A stretch of DNA of 64,000 bases from the human T2T-CHM13v2.0 reference genome, Homo sapiens, in NCBI RefSeq assembly GCF_009914755.1, contig NC_060936.1. One strand, given 5' to 3'. Position numbers and translations under genes: made by a program. This document shows, in pieces, positions 53,105-64,000 of the stretch. A model generated the notes under the pieces. The model was not told where the DNA came from. It was given only the letters and a program-made list of their open reading frames with translations, and searched no databases. Each line of letters starts with the position of its first letter. Position 1 is the first letter of the stretch.

Positions 53105-55217
53105 TACCCAGTCTCAGATATTTTGTAATAGCAGCACAAATGAACTAAGACAAATTGGGACTGAGAAATGGGGTGTTGCTATAACAAATATCTATAAATG
53201 TGGGAGCAGCTTTTGAACTCAGTAATGGGTCGAGGCTGGAAGAATTTGGAGGTCCACACTACAAAAAGCCTAGATTTTTGCCCAATATGGAGTGTTAAGG
53301 GCAATTCTAGTGAGGGCTCAGAAGAAGAGATCTGTACAGAGAGCCTGAATCTTCTTAGAGATTATTTAAGTGGTCATAATCAGAATGCTTGTAGAAATAT
53401 GAACAGTTAAAGGCCATTCTGATGATGTCATAGACAAAAAATGAGGAGTACTTTATTGGAAACTGGAGGAAAGGCAATCGTTATTACCCACAATGTGGTA
53501 AAGAACTTGGCTGAATCATGTTCATGTTCTAGTACTTTGTAGAAAGCAGCTCTTAAGAGCAATTAACTGGGATTTCTGGTGGAAGAAATCTCTAAGCAAA
53601 GGTTCAGGGTGCTGCATTGCTCTTCTTAACTGTTTATAGTCAAATGTGGGAAGAGAGAAACACATTAAAAATGGAATTTATGATTAAAAGGGAACCAGAA
53701 CTTAAAGATTTGGAAAATTCTCAGCCTGGCCAGGTTGAAAACACATGTTTGAGAGAGAAAAGCAAGGGTGTAGCCAAGTGACCATTTGACAAGGAAATTA
53801 GTATTGATGGAAGAGAGCCAGATATTATCCATAAAGACAATGGAGCAATGACCCTGCAAGGCATTTCAGAGATTATTGGTGTCTCTCTGCACTTCCCATC
53901 AGAGGCCCAGGATGTCAAAGCCTAGGAGACAGAACTGTGTCCAAAAAGGGGTCCTGGGTGCCCACGGGGGTGAAGTTGCCATAGAGAGTCCCCACTAAGG
54001 CAGTACTCAGTAGAGCCATGGGCTTGGGGCTACCACAGAGAACCTCTAGTGGGGTGATATCTAGTGGAGCCGTAGGCATGGGGCCGCTCCCAAGATCCCA
54101 GAACTGTGGAGCCACCAGCATGCAACTTCAACTCATGAGAGCTGTGTCATGGGCTGTACTCAGCAAAGCCAAAAAGATGGGGTCACCAAGAGCCTTGCTG
54201 ATCCAACTCCAACTCTAGTATGTCCAGAAGGTGGAACATGAAATCAAAGAAGATTGTTCTCAAGCCTTAAGATTTGCCCTATTGGATTTTGGACTTGGAA
54301 CCTGTATCACTTTCTTTTTTATTATTATTATTATACTTTAAGTTTTAGGGTACATGTGCACAATGTGCAGGTTTGTTACATATGTATACATGTGCCATGT
54401 TGGTGTACTGCACCCATTAACTCGTCATTTAGCATTAGGCACACCTCCTAATGCTATCCCTCCCCGCTCCCCCCACCCCACAACAGTCCCCGGAGTGTGA
54501 TGTTCCCCTTCCTGTGTCCATGTGGAACCTGTATCACTTTCTTCTTTCCTATTTCTCTACTTTGTCATGGGAATGCTTATTCTATGTCTATTCCACCATT
54601 GTATTTTGAAATTATATAATTTGCTTGATTTTATAATCACATTGCTAGAGGGGAATTTGCGTCAGCATGAAACACACCTTTGAGTCCCACCCATATTGGA
54701 TTTAGATGATATTTAGATAAGACTCTGGACTTTAGACTTTCGTGTTCATGTGGGAACAAGTTAAGAATATTGGGGCTATTGGAATGGAATGAATGTATTT
54801 ACATCTGAAAATAATTTTTGGAGCCAGAGACAGAATGCTATGGTATGTACCCCCCTAAATTTGTATGTTGACACTTAATCACCAACATGATAATATTGAG
54901 AGGTGAGATCTTCAAGAGGTGATTAAGTCGTAAGGGCAGAGCCTTCATGGGTGGTATTTATAAAGGGGCCTGAGGAGGCAAGTTGATTTCTCTCATCTCC
55001 ACTCCTATGTGAGGACATGGCACACATTCTTTCTGGAAGAAGCAGAGTTCAAGGTATCATCTTAGAAGCAGAAATGGAGCCCTCACCAGACACGGAATGT
55101 GCTGGCACATTGATCTTGGACTTCCAAGCCTCCAGAACTATGAGAAATAAGTTTCTATTATTTATAAATCACCCAGTCTAAGATACTTTGTTGTTGTAGC
55201 ACAATTAGACTGAAACC
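53105..55217 (+). mobile_element. MaLR provirus (MSTC/MLT1A-like): 5' LTR remnant 53105-53152, internal region, 3' LTR 54836-55217
   Basis: LTR end gcagcacaaatgaactaagaca; MaLR-internal start aattgggactgagaaatggggtgttgctataac; 3' LTR starts tgctatgg. Confidence 0.82.
54317..54522 (-). mobile_element. Young, heavily 5'-truncated L1PA3/4 3' end
   Basis: ttatactttaagttttagggtacatgtgcacaatgtgcagg...; flanked by the perfect 21-bp repeat TGGAACCTGTATCACTTTCTT (54296-54316 and 54523-54543). Confidence 0.93.
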
Positions 55218-58200
55218 CAAAGACACAAATATGTTGAAAATTTAAAAAGATGCAAATTTCAATCAGAGAGAGCTGGGGCAGGTATAATAATATCAGAAAC
55301 ATACCATTTAAGTAAAAAATTGTTAAAAGAGATAAGAATGATATTATATATTTAATTCAGCAAGAAGTTATAATAATTATAGGCATCTACTGATCAAACA
55401 ACAGAGCCCTAATATATATATATATAGCAAACACTGACAGAATTGAAAGGTGAAAGAGACAGTTCTACAGTGATAGTTGGAGATTTTAATACCCTACTTT
55501 CAACAATAGATAGAACATCTAGACTGAAGATTAATAAAGAAGTGGAGGACTTGAAGAACACTGCAAAACAACTAGATCTAACAAACATATGTAAAACATT
55601 CTACTCAACAACAGCAAAATATACATGATTCTGAACTGCACATAACGTTCTCTACAATAGATTATAAAATAATTCACATATCATGTCTTAATAAATTTAA
55701 CAAGGTTGAAATTATATGAAGTATCTTTACCGACCACTTGGAATGAAGCTGGAAATTAATGGCAGAAGAAAAACTGGAAAATTCACAAATACATGGAAAT
55801 CAAATAACACACTCTTAAACAACTAATGGGTCAGAGAAATAGTCATGAACGAAATGAGAAATTATTCGGTGATGAATGAAAACAAAGTCATAACATACAA
55901 AAACTTACAGAATGCAGTGAAAGCAATGCTTAATAGAAAAATGTATAGATTTAAATGAATAAATTATAAAATTATAAAGATCACAAACCAATATTCTAAT
56001 TTTGTACATAGGGACTTAGAAAAGGAAGAGAAGACTAGACCCCAGATTAATGGAATGAAGCAAAATTAGAATGGAGATACACAAACAGATAATAGAAAAA
56101 CAACAGAGAGAATCGATGATATCAAAACTTAGTTTTGGGAAAATATCAACAAAATTGACAAAACCTTAGCTAGACTGACTAAGGAAAAAAGCAACAACAG
56201 AGAATGTGCAAGTAACTACCATCAGAAATGAAAATATGGATATTACTGCTGACCTTTACAGATATTAAAAGGATTATAAGGCGATACTGAAAAAATTGCA
56301 CAGAAACAAATTATATGTTATAGACATAAATTAGAACAAATTCCTAGAAACACACGAATTATCAAAATGGACTGAAAAAGCATTTAAAAATCTAAGCAGA
56401 CGCCTAGCAAGTAAAGAGATTGAATTAGTAATCCAAATTCTGCCTACAAAAATATCTTGGGTCTGATGCCTTTACTGGTGAATTCTACTAAACACTTAAA
56501 GAATAATTAACATCAATTCTTCTCAAACTCTTCCAAAAAATATAAGCTGAAAGGATAATTTCTAGTGCATTCTATCGGACAGCATTACCTTATTATCAAA
56601 GCCAAAATAAGACACCACAATAAAAGAAGACAATAGACCAATATCTCTTATTAATAAATATGCAAAAATCATCAACAGTATACTAGCAAATCAAATCCAA
56701 CAGCATATGAAAAGGATTATACATCATGACCAAGAGAGATTATCCTAGGAATGTAAGGATGGTTCAACATAAGAAAGTCAATATGATAAATCACATTACT
56801 AGAATGAAGGGGAAGAATTCCATGATCAAATCAATTGACTGAAATAAAGCATTTGACAAAATTCAACCCTCTTTCATGATTAAAATACTCAGCAAACTTA
56901 AATAGATGGGAACTTCCTCAATATGAAAAGGACATTTATTAAAAACCCATAACCAATATCATACTAAATGGTGCAGGAATGGAAGCTTTCTCCCTAAGAC
57001 TGAAAATAAGACAAGTATACCTATTCAATGTTGATATTCAACTTTGTACTGGAAGTTAAGTCAGGGCAACTAGTAAGAAAAAGAAATACAAATTAGAAAA
57101 GAAGAGGTAAAATAAATGACATAATCTATATATAGAAACCCCCCCCAAAACTAATAGGGCTAATGAATGAATTCATCAAAATTACAGGGTACAAAATCAA
57201 CACATAGAAATTAGTTGTGTTTTTATAGAAAAGCAATAAACAATCTGAAAAAGAAAGTAATAAATTTATTCCTTTTACAATATTATCCAAAAGAATAAAA
57301 TACCCACAGGTGAATTTAACCAATGAGGTGAAAGAAGTTAAAGAAGACCCAAACAAATTGAAAGACATCTTGTTTGTGTGGATTTGAAGACTTAATATTG
57401 TCAAGATGGTAATACTATTTAAAGTGATCTACAGATTCAATACAATTTCTATCAAAATTCAAACATCCATTCTTTTTGCAGCAAATGGAAACATCAATTT
57501 ATGAATTCACATGGAATTGCAAGGATCTTTGAATAGTGAAACCATAATGAAAAAGAAAAATAAAATTCAAGGATTCACACTTTCTGATTTCAAAACTTAC
57601 TACAAAGCTAAACTTAATCAAAACTGTGGTACTATTATAAATATAGACATTTAGACAGTAGAATTAAGAGCCCAGAAGTCAACTCATACATCTATATCCA
57701 TTTGATTTTTGACAAGGGTGCCAAGTGCATTCAATAGGAGAAATAATAGTCACTTCAACAAATGATGCTGACACAGCTGAATAGCCACATGCAAAAGGGA
57801 AAAAAATTGATACTTACTTCATACTATATACAAAAAGCGACTCCAAATGATCAATGACCTAAATAGAAGGGTTAAACTGTACAACTATTATAAGAAAATG
57901 TAGGAGTAAATCTTCATGACAGGGAATTTGGCAGTGGATTCTTCAATATGAGCCCAAAGTATGAGCAACAAATGAAAAAGATAAATTGGACTATGTAAGA
58001 ATTTTAAAACTTTTGTCCATCTAATGACATTACCAGGAAAACAAAAACACAGCCTACACAATGGGAGAAAATATTTGTAAATCACATATCTGAAAAAGAT
58101 CTATTATCTGGGATATTTAAAGAACACATACCTTAACAACAAAATGGCACACAACCCAATTTAAAATTAGGCAAAGAATACATATAAATATTATATATCT

Positions 58201-59030
58201 TTACAATTTTTAATAAATAAATAAAAGGTAAATAAAAAAAGGCAAAGGATTTGAAGACAGATTTCTGTAGGGCAGATATGAAATCATCAACAAGCACATT
58301 ATGAGATACTCAATATCATGTGCATTAGGGAAGTGCAAAACGACAATGAGATACTGCTTCACATCCACTAGAATGGCTATAATTTAAACAATGGAAAATA
58401 ACAAAAAGAACATGGAGAAATTAGAGCTCTTGTATATTGCTGGAGGGAATGTAAAATGGTGCATCCACTGTGGAAAACAGTTTTGTGGTTTGTCAAAAAG
58501 TTAACATAGAATTAGCCTAAGATTCAGCACGTCTACTTCTGGGTATATATCCTAAAGAATTAAAAACATGTACTCATACAAATACTTGTACAGGAATATT
58601 CATGGAAGCATTATTCATAATAGCTAAAAGGTACAAACAACCTTAATGTCCTTCAGTGGATGAATAGATAAACAAACGTGGTGTATAAAATAGAATGTTA
58701 CTCAGCATTACTGATACATGCTGAAATATGGATAAACTTTGAAAACATTATGCTATGTGAAAGAAGCCAGAAACAAAAGGTCACATATTGTATGGTTCCC
58801 TTTATATGAAATAATCGGCACATGAAAAGACATAAAGTTAGAAAACAGATTGGTGATTGCCAGGGACCTGTGGGGCAGGGAGGGGAAATAGAGAGTGACT
58901 GCTTAATGAGTACAGGTTTATCTTTTGGAGTGATGAAAATGTCTTGGAACTAGATAGAGGAAGATGGTGGTTGTACAACATTGTGAAATGTTAAATGTCC
59001 TGAATCATACACTTTAAAATGGTTAATTTT

Positions 59031-59323
<293 letters not shown>

Positions 59324-59427
59324 AGGTTAATTGCATATTACATGAATCCTACCTCAATGAGAAAATCTATAAAGAAGCCATAATATTCTGGTAACATTTA
59401 TAAACAGGTGGGGTGAAATGGAAAGTT

Positions 59428-60012
59428 GTATTATTCACTGACCAGTTAGGACACAGAAACCACAGAGTAATTTTAACAGGGGAGGTTGAAGCGTTAATTG
59501 TAATGGATTACCTACTAATGGAAAAAGAAAATTTTGAAGAATACAGGAAGAGCAGAAATAGGGAGGAGCCCCTGCCTTTATAGCTGAGGCAAAGCGACCC
59601 AGGAAGCGGCATAGATGGAAGAACCTACTTGTCAGGACTGAGATCCAGACCTTGTTGGGGAGGATGGCAGTGGTCTGAAGGGTGGTGGAAGTGTTTGCTG
59701 AGTTCCCACATTGTGGAACTTACTGGTAATACTCGGCAAGGGTCATGCATTGGGAAGCTCCCTTCCACCACCACCCACGGTGGTGTGTTTGAAAGGTGCC
59801 TTCTGGGGGAAGCTGCTCATAGAGAAGTGCTGCTGACTGCTGAACACTGCAGAAGTTTACATTAACTAACAAACTGCAGAAGTTACACTGCACTAACAAA
59901 CTTAAGATTATGCCGCTGACAAGACATTTTTGCAAGGTTTTCCTCCATTATTGTATAGCAGGATTAAAAGGGGGGTTTTCAGCTGAGAGACAAATAAACT
60001 GATAATTGGCAC
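59428..60012 (-). mobile_element. Old ERVL-class solo LTR (LTR33/41/52-like)
   Basis: tg...ca termini; the reverse complement starts tgtgccaattatcag...gtctctcagctga; internal ~27-bp tandem duplication at 59846-59902. Confidence 0.45.
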
Positions 60013-61579
60013 AAAATTATTCTAATAAAGTAAGTTTAGATAAAACAGTTTACACAAGTATCTCTAGCTGCTATAGTAGCTTCCTATATTAATTCATGTG
60101 ATTACTGAATTGTCACCTTGGTTTGTGAATTACCTTGAATCATCTGGAAGTTGAAAAAATACATTCCTTAGAAGAAAAAAGTTATTAACAGTCGTTTTTT
60201 AAAAATAGGCATATCAAACTATAATGCTCGATTGAAGGTACTAGATTAAAATGTTACAATTAAATTAAAAATATTTGTATCAGTGACATGTTTATTGATA
60301 ATTAAGAATATAACCTGCCATTCAGACTTTCATTATTTTCAAGTAGAGCTTATACAAGGTGCCTGTATAAGTAGTAAGATGACAGCTAGTTGTACTGGAA
60401 AGTACACTAAAATAATTATCTCTAAAATGCTAAAAATAAAAACATCCAGATTTTGATCCAGTTGACTACGCATAGCATTAACTATTACAGCAAATAAATG
60501 TTAGGGCACATTTGTAGCATTCCTATTAAAAATGATTACTTTTTCTAACATTTTTAGAGCAAAGTATACTGCATCAGAAATACATTATTGCAATAGAACA
60601 TTGTTTAAAGGTTAATATTTTATGGGTTAAAAGTTCCTATCTCAACTTTGACATTTGTTTTTGAAAAATGGGCTTCGGTTCAACATTTATATAGCAGCAG
60701 GAGACCGTTATCTTGTGACAACACTTCATTGCATTGACATTATCTGTTAATTATCTTTGCCACCACTAATTTTGAGCCTGGTGTGCTGTATATGCTGGCT
60801 CTTACTGTTGTATGCTTGCTCTTTCTTTTCTCACTGATGAGTCTGGAAAAAATACAAACCTTAATTAAAAGTGAAACTCAGACAAAGGTTATACTTTGCA
60901 CAAGATTTCTGGAGACACTACGATCATCCAGAGTAGTTCAAAATAGTCTTCAATATTCAAAATTGCCTCTAATATGCACTGTCTAGGTTGTACTCTAATT
61001 CCACTCTCCCCAATATATTTTTCCCTTTCAAATGACCTCTGAGTGTAATTCCATATATCCTGTACCTAAATGTCTCCTATTTCATGATTATTCTCTACAG
61101 ATATTTAATAAGCATTTATTCTTTAGGAGTATAATCAATCATAGGTCATTTTGGGGCATGATAGACCACATCAAAAATAGAAAAATGGATAAGAAAAAGC
61201 CTGTTCTAAGAAAATTACAGCCTTGTAGAAGAGAGACATCTTTTCCAAAGTATATAAATAAATGTGTATTGTACTTAGAATTGTCATCTTGCTTCTGGCA
61301 GCCTCTGCTTTAATTCCCCTATCCGGTCTTCCTGTCTCTTTATTCCAATTTGTTAGTTCAGATCTTCTTGTTCTCCTTAGGGGAGGATACACTACAACCT
61401 TTCACCTGTCATGCTCTCTAAAAGGGAATATATTGTACCATGTTTCTAAATCCTCCCTTCTTATCCACTCATCTCTGCCATAGGTAGTCATCCTTGGTGT
61501 TCTAATTCTCAACTAAGGGGAAGGGAATGTGATTCTGAGCCCAAGCCTTACACTTGCCAGTGTATCCCTCCCTTATCTT

Positions 61580-61930
61580 CCTGTGACTGTGTCCTTGCAA
61601 CTCTGTCTCTTCTCAGTTCACATGTCCTTTCCTGAAAGAGGCATTACTCAAACGCCCTGTCTTAAGTAGCTTATTTTCCCAACTCCCAAGTTTCAATCAC
61701 TCTCAATTCCACTATTCTAACTTACATTCTTCATAACATTTATGACTCTCTGAAGTGGTAGTATCTTTTCAAATACTTACTGATTAATGTCTGTGTTCTT
61801 CCATCACAATGTCAACACCACAAAGATGAAAACTTCTCTTACTTGACTGCTGTATTCCCACTGCCTAGAATTTTGCCTGGCACGTGATAAAAACTCAAAT
61901 CATATTTGCCAAATGCATGAGTGAATGAGC
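61580..61930 (+). mobile_element. L2 3' end
   Basis: ctgctgtattcccactgcctagaa...gcctggcac...tgagtgaatga. Confidence 0.7.
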
Positions 61931-62500
61931 CTCATCCTAACTCCCTGAGGGGAATATTTCGTATTTGGACACGTAACATCTTCCATGGGTGACTGTATTC
62001 CTTCATGGATAATCCTTCCCATTGATTGAAGATCCCCAGAATTGTAAGTCTTTCTAATTAGCACTGACCAGGGGCATTACTTGCAGGGTAAACAATGCTA
62101 TCTTAGTCGCATGCTGTTCCCCGATTTTGTGCCTGTACATACAGGCTTTGCACATTAACTCTTTTGGGTGCTTTGGAGTACTACTGCCCAGTTGTTGTTT
62201 CTGAAGAAAGCCTTTAATAGTTCTGCTTTGGAAAAAAAATACAATGAAAGCTGCTGGAGATTGGCAGAAGATAAAGAAAAATTGACACATGTACTTGCAG
62301 AGTAATCTGAAAGAAAGCTGAATGCATGGCAGAATGGATTTAATTTCTTCAGTTTATAAGAGTAGCATTTCATACACTAAAATTTCCTTTTTGCATTACT
62401 TCCTAACTTACATTAATGATCACTTTCTTGTTCTTTCATTCAACACACACGGGCAATGTAGAGTTATAGAATATTTTATTTTTAAGAAACACAGCTCTTT

Positions 62501-62867
<367 letters not shown>

Positions 62868-64000
62868 CTAACTTTATTTCCTATTTTCTTACTTTCATAC
62901 ATACTTCTTTAGATGAAAGCTAATTGGTTCGTGTGCCTAAGTAACTGTGACTCTTGAAACTTGTCTTTTTCAAGCCTTTGCTGAGACATTGTCTACGTAT
63001 CTAAAGCCTCCCAAACTGCTTATTTACAATTTCAAAAATCGTATATTGTATATTTTCTAAGACTATGTTGGATATGGTATGGTAAAGTAACCATGGCTAC
63101 AGGAAGAAATGAGAATGAGGTTTGGAAGGAAGAAATTTATTACACATACAAGTCCCAGTGAGGGGGTCACTGTGTGCCTGCAGGGCCACCAGAGAAGTGT
63201 CAGATTTTGGTTGAGGTGGTGGAAGACAGTGAGGGGAAAGTTGACCAGAGCCTGTATTAAAACTAAAATATAAAGGAAAATGCCTAATTACCAGTATACA
63301 AAAACATTTAGTAAAGGAGGAAAACTGTAAATACAGTAATAAAGCACAAATAAATGATTGGTATAAAAGGAGATTCATTTTAGTAGACAAGTAGATCAAT
63401 AAAATCCTGGCAATGAGCCCATCAGTTACTGATGCTATTAAATTGCCCTTTTACCAGTCTCATTACTTGGAAACAGTTTTAAAGAGGAAATTCTAAGTTT
63501 CGTGTGTGTGTAATAGTACCTTTAAAAACAGGTACAATCGAAGGCTTATTGTGTTTTTCTTATGACTCACATGTATTTAGTATAAACATACAACACCATA
63601 GTGTTTTAAAAAGCACTTAGGCTTTCTTAATTAAAGGAATATTCACAGAAAAGTACATTTCTCAGAAGTTTATATTACTAAAAAGCAACTCAGAAGACTG
63701 ATTGATATTACTGTTTTTTAAAGATGAAAAATTTGAGGTAAAGGAAAAAGTCAAATAACCTGCTCGAGTGTGCATAGTGATTGAGATTATACATACACAA
63801 TTTACAGCTTAGTGCCTGATTCATAGGAAATAATCAACAGATTATAGATAGGCATTATTTAAAAAATAACCAAGGTATAAAGACGTACTGACTATTTGAC
63901 CACAAATATGAAATATTCTCTGGATAGTTAATTGAAGGGCAACTGAAATTCTTTGCTTTTTTGAGATATTTTTAATGGGGCATTTTAATATGTGTATGAC

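Noticed and set aside
63087-63100. RFX X-box-like near-palindrome GTAACCATGGCTAC (similar one at ~4874-4887)
   Set aside because: Degenerate matches far from the promoter; not distinguishable from chance without chromatin data.

Overview
Primate (most likely human) genomic DNA containing the 5' end of SYT10 (synaptotagmin-10) on the minus strand: a CpG-island promoter with exon 1 (CDS 16739->16589), a 12.9-kb intron 1, exon 2 (3712->3355, transmembrane segment and linker) and the start of intron 2. The ~46 kb upstream has no recognisable intact protein-coding gene. It is a dense, nested transposon field: Alus, MIR/L2, MaLR and ERVL LTRs, a full-span Tigger1, a full-length L1PA7-like element and several old L1M elements, plus an ST13 (Hip) processed pseudogene. 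I see no convincing undescribed multi-gene system. The best leads are: (1) an open 147-codon ORF0-like antisense frame in the L1PA7 5'UTR that points toward SYT10 and has a splice donor phase-compatible with SYT10 exon 3; (2) a two-template complex insertion inside Tigger1; (3) a probable L1 3' transduction; (4) a strong-Kozak uORF and a stop-free in-frame leader in SYT10; (5) a UG repeat next to the exon-2 donor; (6) a 20-bp perfect palindrome centred on a full CRE in intron 1. Repeat subfamily names come from recalled consensus sequences, not a RepeatMasker run. Repeat boundaries without TSDs are approximate.
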